Positions 9,610 through 19,682 of a stretch of 64,000 nucleotides of DNA are shown one piece after another; the stretch's first letter is position 1; every line of letters starts with the position of its first letter. Source of the DNA: Bacillota bacterium. GTDB lineage: Bacteria > Bacillota > Ch66 > Ch109. The notes under the pieces are model-generated. The model searched no databases, was not told the DNA's origin, and saw only the letters and a list, made by a program, of their open reading frames with translations. The position numbers were made by a program, and so were the translations under genes. The stretch lies in contig JBMNLH010000001.1 in assembly GCA_050952625.1 (NCBI GenBank), positions 800,001 to 864,000 on the forward strand, written 5' to 3'.

Positions 9610-10746
9610 ATGTTGGATAAGAAGGCTTACTGGATCGGCTTAACGCGGGTTAATGGTCTGGGACCGAAAAGGTTTCAACTCTTAATGAAAAAGTTTGGTG
9701 ATCCGGAGACAGTCTGGAAAGCCAAAGAAAACAGTTTGGCAGAGGTATTGGGGGCCCATTCGCCGGTCCTTAGAAATCTGTTAGAATGTAGGGGCAGTTT
9801 GGATTTAACCAAAGAAATTATTAACCTGGAAAAGAATGAGGTTCAGGTACTAACCTTGGAGGATCCAGATTACCCGGTTAACTTGTTAAATATCCACGAT
9901 CCTCCGCCAGTTTTGTATATTCGAGGTTCCTTACCCGGACCAGATTTCAAGACCATGGCGGTGGTTGGGTCACGCCGGGCAACTCCCTATGGTAAGGCCA
10001 TAGCTGAACAGCTTGGTTACGATCTAACGATAAGCGGTTTTGTGGTAGTGAGTGGCTTAGCTCGAGGGATTGACACCTGTGCTCATCGAGGGGCTTTGAA
10101 AGCGAAAGGACCAACCATCGCGGTATTGGGATGTGGCGTGGATATCGTCTATCCCCGGGAAAACAAGGGAATATTTCAGGAAATAATTGAGAGTGGGGCT
10201 ATTATCAGTGAGTTTCCTTTAGGTGCCCCGCCAGAAGCCAGGAATTTTCCGGCCAGAAATCGGATTATTAGCGGACTATCCCTGGGGGTGGTGGTCGTGG
10301 AAGCGGCAGAAGATGGCGGAGCCTTAATTACAGCTGACTTTGCCTTAGAACAGGGAAGAGATGTTTTTGCGGTCCCTGGTCCGATAACTAGTCGATATAG
10401 CCGGGGAACTAACCGGCTGATCAAGGAAGGGGCAAGGTTAATCGAGGGCGTAGCGGATATTATTGAAGAGTATCCGTTAGTCGGAGAATACTTGCCATCG
10501 AAGCCGACCGAGCAGTTAAGTTGGCCTGTAGAAGAGCCTTTAACAAATCTGATTGCGCTCAGTGAAGAAGAGGGGGTTCTGGTCGAACTCCTGTCTCTAG
10601 ATCCGGTCGCCGTAGATCATCTGATTACTGCCAGTGGGTTGACGGCGTCACGGGTTAACTCTATACTTATGTTCTTAGAAATGAAAGGTTTAGTTCGACA
10701 ACTGCCGGGTCGACGGTATGTTCGGGCGGGAAAAATTAGTTTTTAA
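9610..10746 (+). CDS. dprA: DNA-processing protein DprA
   Basis: DPPPVLYIRG, AVVGSRRATPYG, VSGLARGIDTCAH, NFPARNRIISGLS. Confidence 0.97.
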   Translation: MLDKKAYWIGLTRVNGLGPKRFQLLMKKFGDPETVWKAKENSLAEVLGAHSPVLRNLLECRGSLDLTKEIINLEKNEVQVLTLEDPDYPVNLLNIHDPPPVLYIRGSLPGPDFKTMAVVGSRRATPYGKAIAEQLGYDLTISGFVVVSGLARGIDTCAHRGALKAKGPTIAVLGCGVDIVYPRENKGIFQEIIESGAIISEFPLGAPPEARNFPARNRIISGLSLGVVVVEAAEDGGALITADFALEQGRDVFAVPGPITSRYSRGTNRLIKEGARLIEGVADIIEEYPLVGEYLPSKPTEQLSWPVEEPLTNLIALSEEEGVLVELLSLDPVAVDHLITASGLTASRVNSILMFLEMKGLVRQLPGRRYVRAGKISF

Positions 10747-10831
10747 TTTGGTGTTTAGCTAATGGCATTTAGGAATATCCTATTTCTAGGTAATAATTAA
10801 TTTGATGAAACAGGTATTGGGGTGAGGGTAA

Positions 10832-13057
10832 TTGTCAAAAGTGCTGGTGATTGTGGAGTCTCCAGCTAAGGCTAAAACGATTGAAAAGTTTTTGGGCCGA
10901 CGTTACGCAGTCAAAGCATCAATGGGTCACGTACGGGATCTGCCCAAGAGTCAGTTTGGGGTTGATGTAGAACAGGATTTTGAACCAAAATATATTAACA
11001 TCCGGGGAAAAGGAGATATAATTAAAGAACTGCGGAATGCAGCCAAGGGAGCTTCACGAGTTTTGTTAGCAGCTGACCCGGATCGGGAAGGAGAGGCAAT
11101 TGCCTGGCATCTTCAGCATTTGTTGAATATAAAACCGGATGACAATTGTCGCATCGAATTTAATGAAATAACCAAGAAGGCCATTGAAAACGCGGTCAAA
11201 ACACCTCGGCCGATAGATCATGACCGAGTTGATGCCCAACAGGCACGCCGGATTTTGGATCGAGTAGTGGGTTATAACCTAAGTCCTTTACTCTGGAGAA
11301 AGATCCGACGTGGTTTAAGTGCTGGGCGCGTCCAATCAGTCGCGGTCCGGCTAATCTGCGATCGAGAACAAGAGATACAGGCGTTTGTTCCTGAAGAATA
11401 CTGGACCTTGACCGGTACATTCGGGACGGTAAAAGGCAAAAGTTCTCGCTTTCCCGCTAAACTGCTTAGTCGGGATGGGGAAAAGATAACGGTTTCCGAC
11501 GCAAAAAGCATGCAGCACATTCTGCAGGATCTGGCCAATGCTCAGTACCAGATACGGCAGATTAAAAAACGCGAGACACAACGAAAACCGGCGGCCCCTT
11601 TTACCACTAGTACACTGCAGCAAGAAGCATACCGTAAACTTAATTTTACTGCCCGAAGGACAATGCGGGTAGCCCAGCAGCTTTATGAAGGACTAACTTT
11701 AGGTAAGGAAGGCACAGTTGGCCTAATCAGTTATATTCGAACAGACTCTACCAGGATTTCACCAGAAATCCAGCAGCAGGCTCGCTCATACATTCTTCAG
11801 AAATTCGGGGCTGATTTTGTACCGACCGAGCCTAGGCAATACGCTTCTGGAAAAAAAGCCCAGGATGCCCATGAGGCAATTCGACCGACTGATATCTTAC
11901 GCACCCCTGAAACGATTAAAGACTTGGTCACCGCAGAGCAGTTTAAACTGTACCGGTTGATCTGGGAACGGTTTGTGGCTAGCCAGATGAGTTCAGCTCT
12001 ATTAGAATTAACTCGGGTAGAAATAGAAGCGACCGGTTCCCAGCATGCTTATGGCTTTCGAGCTAATGGATCAATCGTTCGTTTTCCCGGGTTCATGCAG
12101 GTCTATGTTGAGGATCGGGATGGGTCCGGCAAAGAAGGGGAGACTATTCTGCCAGAATTAGCGGAAGGTGAATACTTAAAAGCTTATAAACTCGAGGATA
12201 AACAACACTTTACGCAACCACCGCCGCGCTATGGAGAGGCGAGTCTGGTTAAAACGCTAGAGGAAAAAGGAATCGGTCGGCCAAGTACCTATGCCCCAAC
12301 CATTGAAACAATCGTTTCCCGGGGTTATGTTGCCCGGCAGGACAAACAGTTTATTCCCACAGAACTGGGAATGCTGGTAGTTGAAATGCTAAAGCAGTAT
12401 TTTCCGGATATTATTGACGTTGAGTTTACCGCGGCTCTTGAAGAAAAATTGGATCAGATTGAAGAAGGTTCACTTTCCTGGAAACAGGTGATTCGCGACT
12501 TCTATCATCCTTTTAAAAACACTTTAGATTATGCGGATGAGCAGATTGGTCGAGTCGAACTTACTGATGAAGAAACTGAAGAACCATGCCCCCAGTGCGG
12601 TCGGTTTATGGTCATCAAACACGGTCCTTTTGGTCGATTCTTGGCTTGTCCTGGGTTCCCAGAATGCAAGACAACTCGACCAATTTTAGAAGAGATTGGG
12701 GTTGAGTGCCCTCGCTGTGGAAAACAGATCGTAGTTAGGCACAGCAAAAAGGGACGTAAGTTTTATGGTTGCAGTGGTTTCCCGGAGTGTCATTTTGTCG
12801 CTTGGGATTTGCCGACCAATCAGAAATGTCCCGAATGCGGCAATCTTTTAGCTGAAAAATCCTCCCGGAATAAGGAAAAATATTTGCTTTGCATCGATCG
12901 TGAGTGCGGTTACCGATCGAATGGAGAAGGTAGAGATAAACAGCCTTCAAATAAAAAGACGAAGAAAAAAACTCAAACCTCTGAGACAGAGATAAAATCA
13001 AAAAGTGGCGGTAGTCCTGGAAAAACCAAAAAAACGCCGCAGAAGAAAGCACACTAA
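10832..13057 (+). CDS. topA: DNA topoisomerase I
   Basis: LVIVESPAKAKTI, DPDREGEAIAWH, SAGRVQS, ISYIRTDS, GIGRPSTYA, C-terminal Zn ribbons and Lys-rich tail. Confidence 0.98.
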   Translation: MSKVLVIVESPAKAKTIEKFLGRRYAVKASMGHVRDLPKSQFGVDVEQDFEPKYINIRGKGDIIKELRNAAKGASRVLLAADPDREGEAIAWHLQHLLNIKPDDNCRIEFNEITKKAIENAVKTPRPIDHDRVDAQQARRILDRVVGYNLSPLLWRKIRRGLSAGRVQSVAVRLICDREQEIQAFVPEEYWTLTGTFGTVKGKSSRFPAKLLSRDGEKITVSDAKSMQHILQDLANAQYQIRQIKKRETQRKPAAPFTTSTLQQEAYRKLNFTARRTMRVAQQLYEGLTLGKEGTVGLISYIRTDSTRISPEIQQQARSYILQKFGADFVPTEPRQYASGKKAQDAHEAIRPTDILRTPETIKDLVTAEQFKLYRLIWERFVASQMSSALLELTRVEIEATGSQHAYGFRANGSIVRFPGFMQVYVEDRDGSGKEGETILPELAEGEYLKAYKLEDKQHFTQPPPRYGEASLVKTLEEKGIGRPSTYAPTIETIVSRGYVARQDKQFIPTELGMLVVEMLKQYFPDIIDVEFTAALEEKLDQIEEGSLSWKQVIRDFYHPFKNTLDYADEQIGRVELTDEETEEPCPQCGRFMVIKHGPFGRFLACPGFPECKTTRPILEEIGVECPRCGKQIVVRHSKKGRKFYGCSGFPECHFVAWDLPTNQKCPECGNLLAEKSSRNKEKYLLCIDRECGYRSNGEGRDKQPSNKKTKKKTQTSETEIKSKSGGSPGKTKKTPQKKAH

Positions 13058-13060
13058 AGG

Positions 13061-14383
13061 ATGATGGCTTTGCCTGATCGAGAAAAAGTAGTCAAAGTTG
13101 TTGGTGGTGGTCTGGCCGGGTGCGAGGCTGCCTGGCAGTTAGCCAAACGAGGGGTTCAGGTTAAACTCTGGGAGATGAGACCCGCGGTTTGTACACCGGT
13201 TCATCACTCCGGCTGGCTGGCAGAACTGGTATGCAGCAACTCTTTGCGCTCTAATGAATTAAATAGTGCCCCTGGCCTTTTAAAGGAGGAAATGCGACGC
13301 CTGGGTTCACTGATTATTGCCTGTGCCGATGCCAATCAGGTTCCAGCCGGCGGAGCACTGGCGGTTGATCGCGAAGGTTTTAGCCAGGCCGTGACCGAAG
13401 CAATCGAGGGTCATCCTTTGATTGAACTTTATCGGGAAGAGGTCTCTGAAATCAACCCGACAGAACCAGTTTTAGTAGCGACTGGCCCCCTTACCTCACC
13501 GGCTCTAGCTAAACATCTGCAGAATCTGACTGGTGAAGATTACTTGAGTTTTTATGATGCGGCGGCTCCAATAGTGACCCGGGAATCTTTAGCTGAGGAA
13601 CATGTTTTTTGGGCCTCCAGATACGAAAAAGGAGAACCAGCTTATCTAAACTGTCCGCTTAACGAAGAGGAATATCGCATTTTTTACGAAGCATTGGTCA
13701 CTGCCGAGAGACATTTGGGTAAAGAGTGTGATGATCTGAGGTTTTTTGAGGGCTGTATGCCGGTCGAGGTTATGGCTGATCGGGGATTCGATACTCTGCG
13801 CTTTGGACCGATGAAACCAGTTGGTCTGATCGATCCGCGCACTGGTCGAATTCCTTATGCTGTGGTTCAATTGCGGCAGGATAACCGCGAAGGGACTCTT
13901 TTCAATCTGGTTGGCTTTCAGACTCAGTTAAAGTGGCCGGAGCAAGCCCGAGTTTTCCGTTTGATTCCTGGTTTGCGGGAAGCCGAGTTTGTTCGATTTG
14001 GGGTGATCCATCGCAATTCGTATATTAATAGCCCAGTGTTGTTAAAGCCGACTCTCCAGATGCGGCAATACCCGGCTGTGTTTTTTGCTGGTCAATTAAC
14101 CGGAGTCGAAGGTTATATTGAATCAGCGGCTAGCGGGCTAGTGGCTGGAATTAACTTGGCTCGTTTTGTTTGGGGTCAAGAGCCAGTAGTATTTGCGCCA
14201 GAAACTGCTCACGGGGCCTTGTGTCACTACATTACCTCAGCCATCCCAACCTCATTTCGACCAATGAACATTGCCTTTGGCCTCATGCCAGCCCTGCCTC
14301 GACGGGTTCGAGATCGACGGCAGCGTAACGAACTCTTGACCCAAAGAGCCCTGAAAATAGTAGACAATTATGAGAATTTTTAA
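13061..14383 (+). CDS. trmFO: Folate/FAD-dependent tRNA (uracil54)-methyltransferase TrmFO
   Basis: VGGGLAGCEAAWQLA, ELVCSNSL, FFEGCMPVE, FAGQLTGVEGYIESAA. Confidence 0.97.
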   Translation: MMALPDREKVVKVVGGGLAGCEAAWQLAKRGVQVKLWEMRPAVCTPVHHSGWLAELVCSNSLRSNELNSAPGLLKEEMRRLGSLIIACADANQVPAGGALAVDREGFSQAVTEAIEGHPLIELYREEVSEINPTEPVLVATGPLTSPALAKHLQNLTGEDYLSFYDAAAPIVTRESLAEEHVFWASRYEKGEPAYLNCPLNEEEYRIFYEALVTAERHLGKECDDLRFFEGCMPVEVMADRGFDTLRFGPMKPVGLIDPRTGRIPYAVVQLRQDNREGTLFNLVGFQTQLKWPEQARVFRLIPGLREAEFVRFGVIHRNSYINSPVLLKPTLQMRQYPAVFFAGQLTGVEGYIESAASGLVAGINLARFVWGQEPVVFAPETAHGALCHYITSAIPTSFRPMNIAFGLMPALPRRVRDRRQRNELLTQRALKIVDNYENF

Positions 14384-14392
14384 AAAAATAGC

Positions 14393-14421
14393 TTGTTCCT
14401 AATCCCACTATGTGTTAACAT
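14393..14421 (+). promoter_or_regulatory. Putative SigA promoter of the xerC-hslVU-codY operon
   Basis: TTGTTC-N17-TAACAT with TGTG extended -10. Confidence 0.55.
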
Positions 14422-14509
14422 AAAAAAGATAGAATTTTAGATTGTGGCTACTGGATTTTAGAAAACTTATTAATCTTTTCGATAATTCAGTGTCTTGATG
14501 AGGGCTGCT

Positions 14510-15457
14510 GTGAGCAATCTGTACCAGGTAATAGATGATTTCTTAATGTCCTTAAAGACGGAAAAAAACTTAGCGGAGCTTACTCTGGTTAATTATTCCT
14601 CTGACCTTATCCAGTTTGTGGACTTTGCGGCGGAAACATTCAATCAGCCCGCAGAGACTATTCGTCCGGTTCAAATAACACATCTTATCATTCGCCAATA
14701 CCTAGGACAGTTGCAGAATCTGAAACGCAGCCGGGCAACAATTGCCCGGAAGCTGGCTGCTTTACGGTCCTTGTTTAAGTATTTGCTCCGAGCCGGGGTA
14801 ATCGAAAAAAACCCATTAGATTTAATAAGTACCCCGCGACAAGAAAAACGACTACCTGATTTTCTGGATGAAATGGAAGCAGCTAAATTGGTCGAGAGCC
14901 CGAGCGAAGACGGCCCCTTAGGGCTTAGGGATCGGGCTCTTTTAGAGGTAATTTATGGGTCAGGATTACGGGTTAGTGAACTGGTTGGTTTGAATTTGCT
15001 TGATGTTGACCTGAATACTGGTTATCTGAGAATTTGGGGAAAAGGAGGAAAAGAGCGGATTGTGCCGCTTGGTTCTCAAGCCGCTCAAGCTCTTAAAGCC
15101 TATCTGACTAAGGCTAGACCAGTTCTGCTAAAGAAAAGGAAGGCACCAATTAAAGAAAAGGAAAGATCGGATCAAGATCAGGCAATCTTTTTAAACCACT
15201 TGGGTACACGTTTATCTGCCCGTGGGGTCCGAGATCTGCTCAAAAAATATGCCAGTCAGTCTGCCTTGGGTAAGAAAGTTTTCCCACATATGTTGCGGCA
15301 CTCCTTTGCGACTCATCTTTTGGACCGAGGGGCTGATCTGCGATCTGTGCAGGAGTTATTGGGGCATACCCGCCTTTCTACGACTCAGGTATATACTCAT
15401 GTAACTAGGGAGCAACTTCGTAAAGTATATTTACAGAGCCATCCCCGAGAGAGGTGA
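14510..15457 (+). CDS. xerC: Tyrosine recombinase XerC (CodV)
   Basis: [28 protein letters not shown] and TQVYT catalytic residues; codV-clpQ-clpY-codY synteny; start 14495-14510. Confidence 0.93.
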   Translation: MSNLYQVIDDFLMSLKTEKNLAELTLVNYSSDLIQFVDFAAETFNQPAETIRPVQITHLIIRQYLGQLQNLKRSRATIARKLAALRSLFKYLLRAGVIEKNPLDLISTPRQEKRLPDFLDEMEAAKLVESPSEDGPLGLRDRALLEVIYGSGLRVSELVGLNLLDVDLNTGYLRIWGKGGKERIVPLGSQAAQALKAYLTKARPVLLKKRKAPIKEKERSDQDQAIFLNHLGTRLSARGVRDLLKKYASQSALGKKVFPHMLRHSFATHLLDRGADLRSVQELLGHTRLSTTQVYTHVTREQLRKVYLQSHPRER

Positions 15458-16008
15458 TCAAGATTATTCGAGGTACGACTATTGTCGCAGTTCAAAGGCT
15501 TGGGCAAACTGCTGTAGCTGGAGACGGCCAAGTTACGTTTGGCAATTCAATTGTCATGAAGCATCAGGCTCGCAAGGTCCGCCGCCTCTATCATGGTCAA
15601 GTGATTGCCGGATTTGCCGGCTCAGTAGCCGATGCTTTTACCCTTTTTGAAAAATTTGAAGCAAAATTAGAACAGTATCGAGGGAACTTATCCAGGGCAG
15701 CGGTAGAATTGGCCAAGGAGTGGCGGATGGATAGGGTCCTGCGGCGTTTAGAGGCATTGCTGGTTGTGGCCAATTGCGACAACCTTTTTATTATTTCTGG
15801 TAATGGTGAGGTTATTGAGCCGGATGATGGCGTGGCGACCATTGGATCCGGGGGCCCTTATGCTTTGGCCGCGGCCCGGGCCTTGTGTCAAAATACCGAT
15901 TTGTCCGCCGGGGAAATTGCTCGAGCGGCCATGAAAATAGCCGCTGGGATTTGTGTTTATACAAATGAGAATATAATTGTGGAGGAAATAGGCAAACCCA
16001 TTTCCTGA
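15454..16008 (+). CDS. hslV: ATP-dependent protease subunit HslV (ClpQ)
   Basis: [41 protein letters not shown]. Confidence 0.97.
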   Translation: MIKIIRGTTIVAVQRLGQTAVAGDGQVTFGNSIVMKHQARKVRRLYHGQVIAGFAGSVADAFTLFEKFEAKLEQYRGNLSRAAVELAKEWRMDRVLRRLEALLVVANCDNLFIISGNGEVIEPDDGVATIGSGGPYALAAARALCQNTDLSAGEIARAAMKIAAGICVYTNENIIVEEIGKPIS

Positions 16009-16027
16009 CGTGAGGAGGAATACTGTT

Positions 16028-17424
16028 TTGGAGAATCTAACCCCTCGTCAGATTGTTGAAGAGTTGGATCGATATATAGTCGGACAGACCGAGGCGAAAC
16101 GGGCGGTCGCCGTTGCTTTAAGGAATCGGTATCGCCGTCAATTATTAAATGAGGAGCTTAAGGATGAGGTTATTCCGAAGAATATCCTGATGATCGGGCC
16201 AACTGGTGTGGGAAAAACAGAGATTGCTCGGCGATTGGCGCGATTGGTCAAAGCCCCCTTCGTCAAGGTAGAAGCAACTAAATTTACTGAGGTTGGCTAT
16301 GTTGGCCGGGATGTTGATTCGATGGTTCGAGATTTGGTAGAAACATCGATTCGTATGGTCCGCCAAGAAAAGATGGCTGAGGTCAGGGATCGGGCAGAAC
16401 AACTGACAGAAGACCGTTTGTTAGACATATTGCTTCCCATCCCCTCGCGTCAGGATAAGACTGCCCGAAACCCTTGGAATTGCTTTTTGGAGGTGCCGCT
16501 GAGTCAAATATAGAACAGGAAGATCAACAAAAATGGAAAAGATTGCAGGACCAGCGCGAAATCATTCGCCAACGCTTAAAAAGACAAGAGTTTGAGGATC
16601 GGTTTATCGAGATTGAAGTAACCGATCAAAATCCGTCGATGGTTGAGGTTTTTTCTGGTTCTGGGGTTGAAGAAATGGGGATCAACCTGCAAGACATGCT
16701 GGGCGGTTTATTTCCGAAAAAAAAGCGGAAACGAAAGGTGACTATTGCTGAAGCTCGCAAGATCCTGCTTAATGAAGAGGCTCAAAAACTGATTGATATG
16801 GACGAAGTCGCTAGCTTGGCGGTCAGTCGGGCTGAACAAGCCGGGATAATTTTTCTGGACGAGATAGATAAGATAGCTGGTCAAGAGGGGGCCTATGGTC
16901 CAGATGTTTCTCGGGGTGGAGTGCAACGAGATATTTTACCCATTGTCGAAGGTTCAACCGTGATGACCAAATATGGACCGGTTAAGACTGACTTTATTCT
17001 ATTTATCGCCGCCGGAGCTTTCCATACAGTTAAACCTTCAGACCTGATTCCTGAATTACAGGGTCGTTTTCCTGTGAGGGTGGAATTAAACAGCCTTACT
17101 CAGGCTGAATTCAAGCAAATTTTAACTGAACCGCGCAACTCTTTAATTAAACAGTATACCGCTTTGCTGGGTACAGAAGGCCTTGAGGTCAGTTTTACTG
17201 AGGATGGTCTGGACGAGTTAGCCGAGGTTGCCTATACCGTCAATAATCAAACAGAAAATATTGGGGCTCGACGGCTCCATACGATTTTAGAAAAGTTATT
17301 GGAGGAGCTTTCCTTCAACGCATCTGAAATGTCAGGTCAGCGTTTTATTATAAATAGGGAGTACGTGGAAGCAAAACTACAAAGTATTGCTCGAAATGAA
17401 GACTTGAGTCGGTACATCTTATAA
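16028..17424 (+). CDS. hslU: ATP-dependent protease ATPase HslU (ClpY), split by a -1 frameshift near 16471 (probable sequencing error or 1-bp deletion)
   Basis: N-part [26 protein letters not shown] (to 16513) and C-part [25 protein letters not shown] (16474-17424) join as NPLELLFGG if one C is added at AAC-CC(C)-TTG. Confidence 0.92.
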
Positions 17425-17440
17425 TTTAGGGGGTAGTATT

Positions 17441-18220
17441 ATGAAGTCAGTGTTAGATAAAACTAGGGCAATCAACCGGTTATTACAGACCACAGCCGGT
17501 AAACCAGTCAGTTTTCGGGAAATGGCGGAGGTACTAAGAGATAACATAGTCTGCAATGTCTACATCATTGGTCGACGCGGCAAAATCTTAGGGCATGCTT
17601 TTATGGAAGATTTTTATTGTGCTACCATGGATAACATGGTAGGAAAAGCGGATTTCCCTGGACACTTTAATACAGATATGCTGGCGATAACCCAAACTCG
17701 AGCCAATATTAGTGAGCATAATCATGACTGCTTCTTTGGCGTTCAGGGGATAATTTGCCCTCAACATTACAAAATGATTACAGTTATTCCAATTATCGGT
17801 GGAGGTGAACGTTTAGGTACTCTGGTATTGGCGAAAACAGAAGGAGAATTTACGGATGGGGATATGGTATTAGGCGAGTATGGGGCAACTGTGGTCGCTG
17901 TCGAAATAGTCCGATCCAATGCTGAAAAAGCGGAAGAAGTGGCTAGGCGTAAAGCAGCGGTCCAAATTGCCCTCGGTACCTTATCCTATTCAGAAAGGGA
18001 AGCCGTAGAACACATTTTTGCCGAACTAGAAGGCAATGAGGGTCTCTTAGTTGCCAGTAAAATTGCCGATCGGGTTGGGATTACTCGGTCAGTTATTGTA
18101 AGTGCTCTGCGTAAGTTTGAAAGTGCCGGTGTTATTGAATCTAAATCTCTGGGAATGAAGGGGACCTTTATTCGGGTACTCAATGAGAACCTGCTCGAGG
18201 AACTCAGCCAGACCAACTAG
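17441..18220 (+). CDS. codY: GTP/BCAA-sensing transcriptional repressor CodY
   Basis: LSYSEREAVEHIF, ASKIADRVGITRSVIVSALRKFESAGVIESKSLGMKGT. Confidence 0.98.
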   Translation: MKSVLDKTRAINRLLQTTAGKPVSFREMAEVLRDNIVCNVYIIGRRGKILGHAFMEDFYCATMDNMVGKADFPGHFNTDMLAITQTRANISEHNHDCFFGVQGIICPQHYKMITVIPIIGGGERLGTLVLAKTEGEFTDGDMVLGEYGATVVAVEIVRSNAEKAEEVARRKAAVQIALGTLSYSEREAVEHIFAELEGNEGLLVASKIADRVGITRSVIVSALRKFESAGVIESKSLGMKGTFIRVLNENLLEELSQTN

Positions 18221-18444
18221 ACCTTGAAAAGTTGATTATCAATTAAATTCTTTTCGCAAGCCATCATTTACCAGAAAACATTATTATCTGTTTTATTAGT
18301 GTTGCCGCTAAAAAGTCCATCTTGACTTTTATGTAAAAAAATGCGAAAATATTGTTGGAATAGGTTTAACTTTGAAGCAATGTTATCCAGTGAAATAAAT
18401 TAGATTTCTTAAAGTTGTTTTTTGATTTTAATAGAATGATTATT

Positions 18445-18530
18445 AAACGATAAAGGCAAACCCAGTGAAAGCTGGGGACGCAAAGCCACGGGCCTAAAGC
18501 TGATAGTTATGGTAGCCGGGTTGCCGAAGA
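18445..18530 (+). ncRNA. Cyclic-di-GMP-I (GEMM) riboswitch aptamer
   Basis: GGCAAACCCAGT-GAAA-GCTGGGGACGCAAAGC...GGGCCTAA...GGTAGCCGGGTTGCCGAA; G20/A47/C92 equivalents (Vc2 numbering) are G/A/C, so c-di-GMP rather than cGAMP type. Confidence 0.93.
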
Positions 18531-18553
18531 AGGTAATTCTGACATATTAATGT

Positions 18554-18587
18554 AAGAGTTCTCTTCGGAGAGCTCTTTTATTTGTTT
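18554..18587 (+). terminator. Riboswitch expression-platform terminator
   Basis: AAGAGTTCTC-TTCG-GAGAGCTCTT followed by TTATTTGTTT. Confidence 0.85.
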
Positions 18588-18626
18588 AATTTTAGAATCA
18601 TTATACTAGCAGAAAATCACGATCGA

Positions 18627-18653
18627 TGTAGAACTATTAAGTATTTTGTCGAA
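18627..18653 (+). promoter_or_regulatory. Two putative Spo0A boxes
   Basis: TGTAGAA (18627-33, one mismatch) and TGTCGAA (18647-53, perfect TGNCGAA), 20 bp apart. Confidence 0.45.
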
Positions 18654-18708
18654 ATAATTAGGTATATAGTTATTTTTCAAGTTATTCCTACAAATATCCT
18701 CAAATAAA

Positions 18709-18735
18709 AGAGGAAATTTTGGGGCGATATAGAAT
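18709..18735 (+). promoter_or_regulatory. Putative SigH promoter upstream of flgB
   Basis: AGAGGAAAT-N11-ATAGAAT matches the SigH consensus. Confidence 0.55.
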
Positions 18736-18767
18736 TATATTAATCATTTTGATTTGGGGAGGATAAC

Positions 18768-19184
18768 GTGATTGACAAATTTTTTCAGTCTCCGGCTGCA
18801 GCTTGGTTAGAAAAAGGATTAGATGCAACTTCCTTAAGACATCGGGTTTTAGCAAATAATCTGGCTAATGTGGAAACTCCTAATTTTAAACGATCAGAAG
18901 TTAGTTTTGAAGCGGAATTAAAGGATCGACTAAGAGAGAAAAACTGTCTGCCTCTGGTACGGACGCATCCTAAACACCGACCTAATATTCAACCAATCAG
19001 TCAAATAGTTCCCAGTATAAAAACAGATGCAAGCCAGACAATGCGGAATGACGGTAATAACGTCGATGTTGAGGCGGAGATGGCTAAACTGTCGATTAAC
19101 ACGATTCAATACAATACTTTGATCCAACAGCTAGGGAGTCACTTTTCCCGCTTGCGTAGTGCGATTAATGAAGGGGGGCGATAA
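18768..19184 (+). CDS. flgB: Flagellar basal-body rod protein FlgB
   Basis: LANNLANVETPNFKR, RNDGNNVDVEAEM. Confidence 0.97.
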   Translation: MIDKFFQSPAAAWLEKGLDATSLRHRVLANNLANVETPNFKRSEVSFEAELKDRLREKNCLPLVRTHPKHRPNIQPISQIVPSIKTDASQTMRNDGNNVDVEAEMAKLSINTIQYNTLIQQLGSHFSRLRSAINEGGR

Positions 19185-19186
19185 AT

Positions 19187-19627
19187 ATGGGATTGTTTGA
19201 CGCTATAAGCATAAGTGCTTCTGGTTTAACTGCTGAACGTCTCCGCATGGATGTAATCTCAAATAATATTGCCAACGCAAATACCACTCGAACCGAGGAG
19301 GGAGGGCCGTACCGTCGTCAGATGGTGATCTTCCAGGCCCGGGAGGGAGAAACATCTTCCTTTTATGATCTGCTGCAGAGAAAAGTTCAACCCGGAACCG
19401 GTGTCAGAGCGGTTAAAATAGTTAAGGATCCCTCACCGTTAAGGCAGGTTTATGATCCAAGCCATCCTGATGCTGATCAACAAGGCTTGGTTAATTTGCC
19501 AAATGTTAATATTGTTGCTGAAATGGTTGACCTGATTGCAGCAACTAGAGCTTACGAGGCGAATGTGACTGCCCTCAATTCAACTAAAACAATGGCAAAC
19601 CGCGCTTTAGAAATAGGACGGAGCTGA
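19187..19627 (+). CDS. flgC: Flagellar basal-body rod protein FlgC
   Basis: ISASGLTAERLRMDVISNNIANANTTR, YDPSHPDAD, PNVNIVAEM. Confidence 0.97.
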   Translation: MGLFDAISISASGLTAERLRMDVISNNIANANTTRTEEGGPYRRQMVIFQAREGETSSFYDLLQRKVQPGTGVRAVKIVKDPSPLRQVYDPSHPDADQQGLVNLPNVNIVAEMVDLIAATRAYEANVTALNSTKTMANRALEIGRS

Positions 19628-19682
19628 TTTGAAGATTAAATATAGTGATTGTTCTAGAAAATAATTTATTGAGGTGGTTAAT

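Noticed and set aside
14430-14495. CodY boxes upstream of xerC (and of rnhB and flgB)
   Set aside because: Best matches have about 5 mismatches to AATTTTCWGAAAATT in AT-rich DNA
14510-15457. Tyrosine recombinase as a possible phage or island integrase
   Set aside because: Sits in the conserved trmFO-xerC-hslV-hslU-codY operon with no att site or cargo; housekeeping XerC/CodV
18445-18530. cGAMP-sensing (GEMM-Ib) variant of the riboswitch
   Set aside because: The position-20 equivalent is G (GATAAAGGCAAA), the c-di-GMP-specific base
18588-18767. C. difficile-like invertible flagellar switch downstream of the riboswitch
   Set aside because: No flanking inverted repeats of adequate length found by eye
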